From positions 24,220 to 88,219 of the forward strand of contig CAXEMN010000001.1 in the NCBI GenBank assembly GCA_963997415.1: a DNA stretch of 64,000 bases, read 5' to 3'. The notes beneath the pieces were generated by a model, which worked only from the letters and a program-made list of their open reading frames with translations, ran no database searches and was not told where the DNA came from. Made by a program: the position numbers and the translations under genes. Source of the DNA: an uncultured Candidatus Poseidoniales archaeon. Its GTDB lineage: Archaea; Thermoplasmatota; Poseidoniia; Poseidoniales; Poseidoniaceae. This document shows positions 37,790 through 46,933 of this stretch, piece after piece; the first letter of the stretch is position 1, and each line of letters opens with the position of its first letter.

Positions 37790-39837
37790 TCTTCTTCACC
37801 CAACGGTGTGATCGTTGCAGGTGAGATGGTGGAGAGGGTGATTTTCCTTACCGGTTCATCTTCAAGCAAATCCATCATGTCAATATTGGCCGCATCGACA
37901 TCCCATTCACCTTCCGGGACATAACTGTCGAGAGCCTCTTGTGGGTCGGCAACAGGCTTCTTTTTGCGCCTACCAACCGTTCTTCGCTTCTTTTCCACAT
38001 CTTCTTCAAACGGTGGTAAAGGCTCTCTTTCAGGATCTATTTCGACAAGTTCTTCCTCCAATCGTCGTAAATCGTCTGCAATCTGAATCAGTTCCTCAAT
38101 TGAGGCTTCAGATGTCTGTTCTGCTAATTGAATCATTTTTTGTTCAAGTTGTCCTAGACGAACACCTTGCTCTGTGAATTCGGATTCAAAGGCACCAATT
38201 TTGGCATCAATTGATTCATCCAAGTCAGTCAATATGTCTGCAGCAGTACTGTAATCTCGTTCTTCGATCCGCCCGGTACGTGCTACGAGGTGCTCTTCCC
38301 GTTCGTGAAGCGCAAGGACCGATGGAAGGCTAGGATCAATATCCTCAAGCGCAGTACGCATGTAAGCAGTGTGACGGGATTCAGCGTTACGCGCCATGGC
38401 CTCTGTATCAAATTGTGGCGGCTCATAGTCGTCCTCACCAATGGTTGGAAGCGTAGAGTGAAGCTCAATACCGCCAATTTTGTGGTCGCTGTAAACAACG
38501 TCAGATGCTTCTGCGATCAATCGAGTTGCAATGTCAGATACTTGCTCTCGTTCAACCGCGGGCCTAGGCCGTTGTGATTTGATGAGTTCACCAGACAGCA
38601 CGGATGCTACATCGTCACCATCGAGGAGTTCTTGCCCGGATTCAATGGCCAACGCAACCATATCGAAATTCGCTTTTGTGGCCCTCCACGAGGCTTCATT
38701 GTGGAGCACGATGCTGGCTAACTGTCCATCGTCAAGCATGAGGCTTCGTTGCAAAGCTAATTTTCGTGCAAACAGGACGAGGCTTGTTGGCTTTGGTGAA
38801 AATAGGTTGACGCTTGCTGCATTTTTGATCAGGTCCCAAAGCCTTGAGGCAGGCCATCGATGTGGTTCAATCATGCTCGTGAGTACGACGTGGACACCCA
38901 TGTTCAAAGCATAATCAACCATCATGCCAAGCATGCTTGCAACCTCTGGCTGATCAGCCACCATATGGACATCATCCACGGCGAAGAGTCGTGCATGAGC
39001 CAACGCCTCTTGCCAACCTTCAGGCAATCGTTCAAGGGACACGAGATCGGCTGCACCGAGCAAGAATACGCCCCCCTCCTGCCGCCTCAATACGCCTTGT
39101 GCAAGGGCGTGGAGGAGGTGAGATCTGCCACTTTCACTGGGTCCGATGATGACAAGAGGGTTCAATGCGGACCCTGGTGAGTCGACGATGGCTTCAGCCG
39201 CTTGTGTCGCTCGTAGATTTTCTTCAGTAGCGAACCATTGCTTGAAGCTCATTCGCGTTTCAGGGCGCAATCGTGGAGGCCATGGTGCCTGAATTGGTGC
39301 GGTTATGCTATGGTGGAATGGGGACTCTGGTTCTGGTAGGGCCATGTGTTCTGGTAGGGCATGAAGGGTTCTTCCACGTTGATCATCGAGCACACTTTCC
39401 CATACAGGTCGACCATCATGTTCCATTCCGACGAAGAAATCATCATCATTTGGCGAGGCATACCCCTTCTCAATTGAATCACCAGTTCGCTCCCGCAGAC
39501 TTCGTAATCGGTTTGCTACAATCGAAGCCAATGATTCATCATCGGTGGCAAGGTTGAGCGCAGGTTGATGTTTCCTGCTCTCCTTTCCAAGCACTGCATC
39601 TGCGACGAGGTCATAGGTTGGCCGTTGAACAACTCCGACCCTTTGCAGCAATGCACCTTGCTGTGGAACCGGTACTTCGCGCTTGCCTAACAATTGGTTC
39701 AACCTCGATTTTGGAGGTTGTGTTTTCTTGTCGCTTCGAGGTTCCTCTTCTGGGAAGGAGGTGGTTGCACCGGTGTCGCTTAGCCGTTGTTTGGCACGTG
39801 CAATTGCCAAATCCAAATGTTCCTTTCGAGAACTCAT
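37786..39837 (-). CDS. DnaA/Hda-like AAA+ domain protein with a degenerate Walker A, disordered N-terminus and coiled-coil/basic C-terminus
   Basis: Residues ~196-415 run MSFKQWFATEENLRATQAAEAIVDSPGSALNPLVIIGPSESGRSHLLHA...LFAVDDVHMV...VVLTS...SRLW...VNLFSPKP...ARKLALQRSLMLDDGQLASIV. This is collinear with DnaA domain III ([19 protein letters not shown]...LLIDDIQF...IILTSD...SRF...). No domain IV was seen. Confidence 0.6.
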   Translation of the reverse strand: MSSRKEHLDLAIARAKQRLSDTGATTSFPEEEPRSDKKTQPPKSRLNQLLGKREVPVPQQGALLQRVGVVQRPTYDLVADAVLGKESRKHQPALNLATDDESLASIVANRLRSLRERTGDSIEKGYASPNDDDFFVGMEHDGRPVWESVLDDQRGRTLHALPEHMALPEPESPFHHSITAPIQAPWPPRLRPETRMSFKQWFATEENLRATQAAEAIVDSPGSALNPLVIIGPSESGRSHLLHALAQGVLRRQEGGVFLLGAADLVSLERLPEGWQEALAHARLFAVDDVHMVADQPEVASMLGMMVDYALNMGVHVVLTSMIEPHRWPASRLWDLIKNAASVNLFSPKPTSLVLFARKLALQRSLMLDDGQLASIVLHNEASWRATKANFDMVALAIESGQELLDGDDVASVLSGELIKSQRPRPAVEREQVSDIATRLIAEASDVVYSDHKIGGIELHSTLPTIGEDDYEPPQFDTEAMARNAESRHTAYMRTALEDIDPSLPSVLALHEREEHLVARTGRIEERDYSTAADILTDLDESIDAKIGAFESEFTEQGVRLGQLEQKMIQLAEQTSEASIEELIQIADDLRRLEEELVEIDPEREPLPPFEEDVEKKRRTVGRRKKKPVADPQEALDSYVPEGEWDVDAANIDMMDLLEDEPVRKITLSTISPATITPLGEEE

Positions 39838-41792
39838 TTGGTCTCCTCCTTTTCTTGCCTCAAGCGTTCAAGATCTTCACGTTCCCATACACTGAGGTGG
39901 TCTTCGATGCTCCCTGGGCTTTGGGCCATTGAAGCAATTTCTCTCGGTAAGTGCTTAGGTTGTGCTTCGGCATCGATTCCCGGACGGGCAAGCAAGGGTG
40001 AAAGTGCCTCATCGGCTGCATCGGGTTGGCGGTCATTGACTGCTGCGATTGGCCGTGGTCCCCGATTCAATGGTGGTAACTCGTAGTTACCTTTCGCCGC
40101 ATCTTGTTGAGCAGCTTGATTGAGAGTCATACGTGGTGATGCAGGGGTTGAGAAGGTTCGTTCCACTGCTCTCTCCTGGCGCAGCGTGAACGATTCGAGG
40201 GTTGACGAGATTGCTGTTGGTTTGTGAACACTGGATTGCTTTGGGAACTCAGAGGGGCGTTCTGGTGCTTCCGCAGCCGCTGCAACACGAGCCACATGAG
40301 TCGGTAGTGCGACAGTATTCGCCTGTGTTTTTCCACGCCTGCGAACCCTATGAGCAGGGCGTGGTCCCTTTTTCACTACCGCAATCGGGGCCTGGACTTG
40401 TGGTTGTTCTTTGCGACGAGCGACTGGTTCAACAGCTTGTTTGATCGGAGGAACTGGTTCGCTTTTTGGCGGGGCGACAGGCATCGGTTTTGGTGCTGCT
40501 TGCCCCGCTTCGAGTGGTGGGTCAGGCGTCACTTGCGGCAGAGGTTCAGAGGCCATACTTTCTGGTTCGGCTTCTTCAGTTTTCCAAGATTCTATTTCTT
40601 CATCGAGTGCATCGTTCGCTTGCCTTCGCTCGTCAACGCTGGTTGGTTCATGACCTCCGATGAGTGGCGTGCCCGAATCAATAATTGGGGCTGAAGATGC
40701 GGAGTGTTCTATTGCCCTTTGCAGTTGTTGTTCGATCCATTCCCTCTCTTCCTCGGTTGGTGGGGCGCACAAAGGATGGTCGAGAATGAGATCAGGTTCA
40801 GTTAGCCAATGCTCTAATTCGCTAGGCTGAATTGACATCAGGCTGCGTGTGAGTCGGTGCCTTGGCTCCAAATCAAAGGCATTCAAATCAACCGTGAACA
40901 AGGCCACGTGATCATCCATTCGAACACCATCGACGATGTCGCGAATGAAATCAATCGTAGCGCCATCTCCATTCATTCCAGCCAAATATTCTATGCCTTC
41001 AATCAACACAACGGCTCTCATATTTTCCCAAAGGAACGCATCAACCGCCCGTCGTACTGACTCAATGGTCGGTTTGAGGGCCCTTGGATGCGTGCTGTTA
41101 CTTAGCCAATGGCATGATGCAGATGGCAGATTATGTTCGACGCTTAGTGCATCAATATCATGACGTGAGATCACCAAAACAGGACGTCCATGAGTTGCAA
41201 GATGGCCCGCTAGTTGGAACATCGAAGTTGGGTCTTGAGCATCCAATACCAAGGCATCACCTGGGTGAATCATTCGTTCGAGCCCTTCGTAGCGTTGCAT
41301 GTATGCCTTGCTTTTCTGGCGAACTGCCTCTGGTGCTTCAACACTCACCTCAAGTTCGGGCAAGCGTTCTTCACGGCGCCAACTCCCTGGTCTGAGTTTG
41401 ACATTGGACCACCAACGTTCGTCGCCCCCTTGCGAGGTATCCGCCACTTCGAGGTTGAGGTGTGCGTTGGTGTGAAGGTGCCGTATCCGTTGCGCATCTG
41501 CGGCAGGAAGTTCGTGAATGGCGATCAGTGTTTCGAGGGGTATGGCATCGTCTTCGATTTCCAGCAACGCTTCGAGTCCAAATACGATTGCTTCGCCTTC
41601 ATGGATGGCAAGGCTCGGATGCCCTTCAATGAAGAGAATGTGCCCTACACGTGGCATTTTGTCCTTTGGTTTACGCTCGGTTCGAATGAAACCAGTGGTT
41701 GACAACTTGGCCATATCAGCGGAGAGAAGGCGGAGCGCATCGCGGTCACCACGGCGTACTTCCGTGACATCGCCCTGCGGTAATTCGACCAT
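39834..41792 (-). CDS. DUF4388/DUF2226-like N-terminal domain plus DUF835-like domain protein with a long Pro-rich basic disordered tail
   Basis: N-terminus: TTGFIRTE...GHILFIEGHPSLAIHEG...GLEALLEI. Residues ~176-320: PVLVISRHD...CHWLSNS...AVVLIEGIEYL...IDFIRDIV...LFTVDLNAF (DUF835 pattern from memory). ATGA overlap with the next gene. Confidence 0.55.
   Translation of the reverse strand: MVELPQGDVTEVRRGDRDALRLLSADMAKLSTTGFIRTERKPKDKMPRVGHILFIEGHPSLAIHEGEAIVFGLEALLEIEDDAIPLETLIAIHELPAADAQRIRHLHTNAHLNLEVADTSQGGDERWWSNVKLRPGSWRREERLPELEVSVEAPEAVRQKSKAYMQRYEGLERMIHPGDALVLDAQDPTSMFQLAGHLATHGRPVLVISRHDIDALSVEHNLPSASCHWLSNSTHPRALKPTIESVRRAVDAFLWENMRAVVLIEGIEYLAGMNGDGATIDFIRDIVDGVRMDDHVALFTVDLNAFDLEPRHRLTRSLMSIQPSELEHWLTEPDLILDHPLCAPPTEEEREWIEQQLQRAIEHSASSAPIIDSGTPLIGGHEPTSVDERRQANDALDEEIESWKTEEAEPESMASEPLPQVTPDPPLEAGQAAPKPMPVAPPKSEPVPPIKQAVEPVARRKEQPQVQAPIAVVKKGPRPAHRVRRRGKTQANTVALPTHVARVAAAAEAPERPSEFPKQSSVHKPTAISSTLESFTLRQERAVERTFSTPASPRMTLNQAAQQDAAKGNYELPPLNRGPRPIAAVNDRQPDAADEALSPLLARPGIDAEAQPKHLPREIASMAQSPGSIEDHLSVWEREDLERLRQEKEETK
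39843..39849 (-). promoter_or_regulatory. Shine-Dalgarno-like GGAGGAG for the DnaA-like gene, embedded in the end of the upstream CDS
   Basis: The minus strand reads gaaaaGGAGGAGaccaaATGA, with 5-nt spacing to ATG 39837. Confidence 0.5.
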
Positions 41793-41895
41793 TGCTCACA
41801 CCCCTACGGGGTGTAAGCCTGCTGAACTGTTCTTGAAAGGTCCGCATGATTTTCCTCTGCGATAGCGGTTTGAAGCATGATGCTCTCGGGCCGAC

Positions 41896-42312
41896 ATGGG
41901 CGAAGCAATCGACACTTCTGAGATTCCGTATCTCGATGGTGAGGAATTGGCTCTATGGGAAGCGGGTTTGGAAGATTTCGATCATGGGAGATATTGGCAT
42001 GCTCATGAAGATTGGGAAGACCTGTGGAACGCTCACAAAAGAAGGCATGCACCTGAAGATGAGATTCTGTTCATTCAAGGCATGATTCAAACCGCAGCTC
42101 TGTTACTTAATCATGAACGAAAAAAGCAGCGCGGCGTGGACAATTTGACCATAAAAGTCAACGCCAAACTTGGCAAATGGGGGTCCGTCTGGGGCATCGA
42201 CATCGCTCGGCATCTTGACCAAATGAACCGATATGGAGATGATTCTGGCACATGGGATTTGGATGCGCAATCCTACGTCTTGGTCCGAACCGGCCGTGAA
42301 GTTCAAGATTGA
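41896..42312 (+). CDS. DUF309 domain protein
   Basis: FDHGRYWHAHEDWEDLW...GMIQTAALLLNHERKK matches the DUF309 helical pattern (xFxEAHExxExxW). Confidence 0.6.
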   Translation: MGEAIDTSEIPYLDGEELALWEAGLEDFDHGRYWHAHEDWEDLWNAHKRRHAPEDEILFIQGMIQTAALLLNHERKKQRGVDNLTIKVNAKLGKWGSVWGIDIARHLDQMNRYGDDSGTWDLDAQSYVLVRTGREVQD

Positions 42313-42330
42313 CGGCATGAAGGTGAGGTC

Positions 42331-42981
42331 ATGCAGGAGTCGACCACAACCCTTCCTGCAGGATTGCGGCGTTTCAATGAACTTGAGCTTGCGCGTTCGT
42401 TCATGATTCGCTTTCTTCTTACATCCCTGGGCATTGGCCTTGTCGCCATGCTGTTGGCTTCATTCGTGTTCAACGCCATGGATTCGTTTGTCCTCGCTGC
42501 AGTGTGCTTAATCTCTGCTCCTGCTTTGATCTATCAATTGCACTCGAGATCGAGCATGCTTCATGTGCCTCTTGCCGTCGATATGAATCACCCATTCATG
42601 GATGAGGACCCCATTGGAAGTGCAACAGTGATGATTCGATTGTCTGATGGCGGCTGGGTTGATGTTGGTGAAGGACGAGTCCGACTTGCAGAGGATGAAC
42701 TCATTGGAGGTTCCAACCTTGTCCGTGACAACGAGGATTACACGCTCATCGGTCATTTTAACGACCTTCCAATGACGCATCGGGGCGTCAAAAAGCAGGT
42801 TGTCCTGATCAATCAAGCAATTGCGCTAAGAGATGCGGTCAACGGTGCTGAAGACACCATCGAAGATGCTCGAGAACGTGAAGCCAATGAGACTGGCCTG
42901 CTTGACAGATCGTGGTTTGAAGATCAGAAGGAAATTGAAATTGAACCCGATGGTCTGATGAGTAAACTTCGTGGTGAATAA
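42331..42981 (+). CDS. Hypothetical membrane protein (2 TM helices plus a soluble acidic C-terminal domain)
   Basis: Hydrophobic segments at residues ~25-70. No recognisable family. Confidence 0.4.
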   Translation: MQESTTTLPAGLRRFNELELARSFMIRFLLTSLGIGLVAMLLASFVFNAMDSFVLAAVCLISAPALIYQLHSRSSMLHVPLAVDMNHPFMDEDPIGSATVMIRLSDGGWVDVGEGRVRLAEDELIGGSNLVRDNEDYTLIGHFNDLPMTHRGVKKQVVLINQAIALRDAVNGAEDTIEDAREREANETGLLDRSWFEDQKEIEIEPDGLMSKLRGE

Positions 42982-43022
42982 CGAGTTTTATTCGAAAATC
43001 AACCCTTCACATTGAAAACCAC

Positions 43023-43655
43023 TTGCTCAGACCAACAGATGTGACGACACCTACGCGATGGGGTCAAAAGCTCGAGCATTTGAGCCCGCAAGAGCAAGAT
43101 ACCCTGCTTGGGACTTCCCTCTCTCGTAGATTCACTATGCTACCATTGTGGCTTTCGCATCCAGCGAACATTGGTGCCTTTTACGGGCTGCTTGTCTCAA
43201 TTGCCCTCCTTCTTCCCTACAGATTTGCTGGTGATGATACAGATGCGTGGCTTGCAAATTGGGTGTTTCACACATCGATTTTGATGGTTGCATGTCTTCT
43301 TTTGGGTTTTTCATCCCTTCTTCTCATACGCTGGTCAAAGCGATTCCCAATGACGCCTCCAAGGCTTTTGCTCTACCCAATGCCGTTTGTCGGCATGGCT
43401 CTGTTAACCATCTCAAGGACTGATTTGGTCAATCTACCAATGTGGGTTGTATGGCTTCTCTTGTTGTTGCCCGGCCCAATGTACGTTCACCTTTCATGGG
43501 CTCCTCGATGGCGATTGTTGTGCATGCTTGAAGATGGACGAGATCCGTTCATTGGTATTGAATCAAAGCACTCCGAACCAAATGAAGATGCGGCAACCCT
43601 TGCCGGTGACGATGATGAATTACGATCTGTCGTCGAAGAGTATGCTGAGGAGTGA
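43023..43655 (+). CDS. Hypothetical integral membrane protein
   Basis: Four to five hydrophobic segments and an acidic C-terminus. The ORF begins with TTG; the first ATG is at 43137. Confidence 0.35.
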   Translation: MLRPTDVTTPTRWGQKLEHLSPQEQDTLLGTSLSRRFTMLPLWLSHPANIGAFYGLLVSIALLLPYRFAGDDTDAWLANWVFHTSILMVACLLLGFSSLLLIRWSKRFPMTPPRLLLYPMPFVGMALLTISRTDLVNLPMWVVWLLLLLPGPMYVHLSWAPRWRLLCMLEDGRDPFIGIESKHSEPNEDAATLAGDDDELRSVVEEYAEE

Positions 43656-43656
43656 C

Positions 43657-44838
43657 TCAAATCAGGCCTAAGCCTGGCCCAACTTTTTCAAACAGGCGTA
43701 AGACTTCATCGAGATCATCTCGAGATAATCCTGCAGACATTTGTGTTCGAATTCGAGCCTTGTCCCGTGCTACCATCGGAAACACGATCGCTCCAGCCAT
43801 CACGCCTTCTTCGCCAAGTGCTTTTGTCATGGCTTTTGCAACACTCGAATCACCACACATCACAGGGATGATCGGTGTCACAGATGCCCCGGTATCGAAA
43901 CCGAGTGATTGTAATTCCTTACGGAAGTAATCCGTATTTTCCCACAACTTAGCATGGTGTTGTGGTTCATCCATCAACACCTCAATGGCGGCCTTTTGAG
44001 CAGCTGCAACACCCGGTGGCTGGGACCCAGAGAGCAGCCATGAGCGTGAGTGGTTGAGGGCGTGGTTTCGGGTCATTTCGGTGCCTGCAAGAATACCTCC
44101 TTGGACACCGAGTGCCTTCGAAAAAGATCCGGTTTCAAAATCAACCTTGCCTTGGAGGTTGAATTGGGCTACGATGCCTGCACCTTTGTCGCCAAGAACA
44201 CCTTCTCCGTGACAATCATCAACGTAGACCATTGCACCATATTCTTCGGCCAGAGATGTCACTTCATCAAGCGGCGCAATATCGCCGTCCATTGAAAAGA
44301 CACCATCGGTGATGATCAGTTTTCGCTCAGCGTTTTCATGGGCTTTGAGCACGGCTTCCAATTCGCCCATGTCGTTGTGGGCATAGACGCCTCTGCTTGC
44401 TTTGGTCAATCGAACACCATCAATGATTGAGCCATGATTTAGTTCATCACTGATGATGACATCTTGCGGTCCAGTGACGAGTGTAGGGATCAAACCCACA
44501 TTGACGGTGTAGCCAGCGGAATAGATCAATGAAGCCTCAACGCCCTTGAATTCGGCCACCTTTTTCTCGGCTTCCAGATGAATATCCATGGTTCCTGCAA
44601 TGGCTCGAACACTTCCGCTTCCGGCTCCATATTTTTCTGTGGCGTCAAGCATGGCTTGCTTGACCTTTGGATGGGTTGTAAGGTTCAGATAATTGTTCGC
44701 AGAAAGCATGATTGTAGGCTTGCCATCCATACGACAGCGTGGTTGATTTGGGCTTTCCAAGGTTGGTGGTTCCCACAAAAGTGATTTCTCTGAGAGTTCC
44801 TCATATCGAGTTTCCATCCATGACATATCGCCGGGCAT
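43657..44838 (-). CDS. kbl: Glycine C-acetyltransferase (2-amino-3-ketobutyrate CoA ligase) / 8-amino-7-oxononanoate synthase family
   Basis: Motifs: SANNYLNL, DELNHGSIIDG, TDGVFSMDGDIAPL, PLP-Lys in GSFSKALG, and the Kbl-like C-terminus ARIRTQMSAGLSRDDL. Confidence 0.8.
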   Translation of the reverse strand: MPGDMSWMETRYEELSEKSLLWEPPTLESPNQPRCRMDGKPTIMLSANNYLNLTTHPKVKQAMLDATEKYGAGSGSVRAIAGTMDIHLEAEKKVAEFKGVEASLIYSAGYTVNVGLIPTLVTGPQDVIISDELNHGSIIDGVRLTKASRGVYAHNDMGELEAVLKAHENAERKLIITDGVFSMDGDIAPLDEVTSLAEEYGAMVYVDDCHGEGVLGDKGAGIVAQFNLQGKVDFETGSFSKALGVQGGILAGTEMTRNHALNHSRSWLLSGSQPPGVAAAQKAAIEVLMDEPQHHAKLWENTDYFRKELQSLGFDTGASVTPIIPVMCGDSSVAKAMTKALGEEGVMAGAIVFPMVARDKARIRTQMSAGLSRDDLDEVLRLFEKVGPGLGLI

Positions 44839-44953
44839 ACCATCGCCTCCATTGGATGTGAATGCCCCGTGCTTGATGTTCCTTTGGGTTCATCATGCTG
44901 AATCATTACTTCTGCGACCATGCCCTCAAAAGGGAGGCGTCCGTCGCCCATCC

Positions 44954-45421
44954 ATGCAGTTGTCAGGTTTGGTCAGCAGTGGCCTTGGGCGCGCTCATGT
45001 GTTCATGGCCCAACCGCACTACCAAGAGCAATTCCGTGCCCTTTTAGGGAAGACGGCTTGGCCGGGTACACTCAATGTGGCGGTTGACGGGCATGATCTT
45101 GTTGAATACATTGCATTGCGGAAAAAATCTGGCATCGATACCCTTGATGCATCTTCAGAAGATCGTTTAGCGGCTGGAAATGTTGATGTTGAGTCGTTTG
45201 AGGCACATCGAATACGTGGTTTCCTTCGTGATGGTGTTTCTTTTGGTGGGGCTACGGCCTACATAGCGGAATTCAAAACCGATGAGGGTAACATTCCATG
45301 TGCCCTTCTTATTCCTGATTTGACACGGCATATCGATGTTGTCGAAATTATTGCAGGCGCTTGTTTGCGAGAACTGTTCAACCTTGAAGACGGCGCAACC
45401 GTTCACATTGAACTCAAATGA
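44954..45421 (+). CDS. ribK: CTP-dependent riboflavin kinase (archaeal type)
   Basis: GLVSSGLGRAHVFM...PGTLNVAV...TRHIDVVEIIAGACLRELFNLEDGATVHIEL parallels MJ0056-type RibK. Start at MQLSG (44954). Confidence 0.8.
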   Translation: MQLSGLVSSGLGRAHVFMAQPHYQEQFRALLGKTAWPGTLNVAVDGHDLVEYIALRKKSGIDTLDASSEDRLAAGNVDVESFEAHRIRGFLRDGVSFGGATAYIAEFKTDEGNIPCALLIPDLTRHIDVVEIIAGACLRELFNLEDGATVHIELK

Positions 45422-45423
45422 GG

Positions 45424-46338
45424 TCAACGGTGTTTGACAATTGGTAACTCTCCGAGCCGCGCCCATTCGTTGTGCAAGAGACTCTTCATCTCATACCTTG
45501 CAGCTTCGCGCCAACGCTTTCGCATGGTTCGCTCCACTCCGACTCCCGTTGGTGGTGCAGAAAAACATTGGATGTCAACAGGTGTGTTATCGAGAGGAAT
45601 GTCCTCCCAGTGAACGCCCCAAAGGATCAACCAGTCTGGTGGTGCAACTCCAAAATCTGCCTCAATCTCGGGGTGTTCTATGGCTGATTCCACCGCTTTT
45701 GGTTCGATTTCTCCAATCGACATTCGATGGAGTGCCATCGCAGTTCTTCGAACTTGGTTCCACAAAAAAGCCTCACCTACGATTTCGAAGCCAACAACAC
45801 GACCATCGACCACCCAAGGCTCGCAAGAGATGATCGTTCGAATCGGATTCTTTCCTTCTTCGAGTCGAGCGAAGTTTCTCGCGTCGTAGGTGCCGACAAA
45901 CATGGCGAGCCAATCGTTGAACACATCACCTGGATATTGCCAAAACTCAATCCCTTCCAAGCGATACCTGTAGACTCGATGTTCAGCCATCCGTGGATTC
46001 CATGTTTCATCGACTTCAGTCACATCGAGGAAAGCGATATCCTTCGGTAGACGATCATCGAGAGCACGAACCATTTTTCGCGGCGTCAATGCTTCCCATA
46101 GTTCCCGATTCATTCGAACAACACCTCCATTCACCCTCACGTGAACGCCAGCATCAGTTCTGCTGGAAAGGACCAGATTGTGTTGATCATCCGAAGGGTC
46201 AAGCCATCTTAGACTGCGGAATACCCGAATCAACTCACCCTGTACAGTTTTGACATCCGGCTGAATTTGGCTGCCATGGTAAGCATCACCCAAGTAGCCG
46301 ATGCGGAACGCCAAACGAACGGTTGAGCCGTCCGTCAT
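45424..46338 (-). CDS. truA: tRNA pseudouridine(38-40) synthase
   Basis: Motifs: RIGYLGDAYHGSQIQP, catalytic Asp in SSRTDAGVHV, and FLWNQVRR. Confidence 0.88.
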   Translation of the reverse strand: MTDGSTVRLAFRIGYLGDAYHGSQIQPDVKTVQGELIRVFRSLRWLDPSDDQHNLVLSSRTDAGVHVRVNGGVVRMNRELWEALTPRKMVRALDDRLPKDIAFLDVTEVDETWNPRMAEHRVYRYRLEGIEFWQYPGDVFNDWLAMFVGTYDARNFARLEEGKNPIRTIISCEPWVVDGRVVGFEIVGEAFLWNQVRRTAMALHRMSIGEIEPKAVESAIEHPEIEADFGVAPPDWLILWGVHWEDIPLDNTPVDIQCFSAPPTGVGVERTMRKRWREAARYEMKSLLHNEWARLGELPIVKHR

Positions 46339-46347
46339 AGAAACACC

Positions 46348-46875
46348 TCACTCATCTGAAGTGAGCATTTCCACCGCTTCTTCGGGTGCGTATCCTAATC
46401 CGCCAACAGCCCAGATGAGTGCTTGCTTGAGCCATGGTTGAACCATTGGGTTCTTCTTTGTTGGATCCATAACTTCGATCGCATCGACGATGTTTCTGCT
46501 TGCGTTGAACAGGACTTCATCGGTTGGGATGTCGTTCAACTCCAACTTCTTTGCATAGCGTTGGAATTCTTTGACAGCCACTGGGATGCGTCGGCATTCA
46601 AGAGCAAATGTTGCAAAATCAGCAATGTATTCTTCATTCTCTTCATCCAGTTGCATGGCTTTTTTGTAAGCCATCATAATTTTTCCACCTGGGATCACGT
46701 CATCTTGTGCTTCCATGTTTTTCATGTTTGCAAATTCAGCAAACATATGGTGGACTTGTGCATTTTCTTTGTGCTGACCCATCTTTGCATCAAGGTCGGC
46801 AATGGCTCCGTCGAGGTCGCCGTTGCGTAGCATTTCAATTGGGCCTTGGAGTAGTTCGTCATCGCTCATGTTCAT
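46348..46875 (-). CDS. Hypothetical soluble helical protein
   Basis: Acidic, helical, no recognised motif. Start taken at MNMSDDE (46875); the ORF extends to 46959. Confidence 0.4.
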   Translation of the reverse strand: MNMSDDELLQGPIEMLRNGDLDGAIADLDAKMGQHKENAQVHHMFAEFANMKNMEAQDDVIPGGKIMMAYKKAMQLDEENEEYIADFATFALECRRIPVAVKEFQRYAKKLELNDIPTDEVLFNASRNIVDAIEVMDPTKKNPMVQPWLKQALIWAVGGLGYAPEEAVEMLTSDE

Positions 46876-46933
46876 CGCCTCATGTGTGCCGGGGGGTTCG
46901 GTCTTTTCAATCACTCGTATGAGTGGTATGAAT

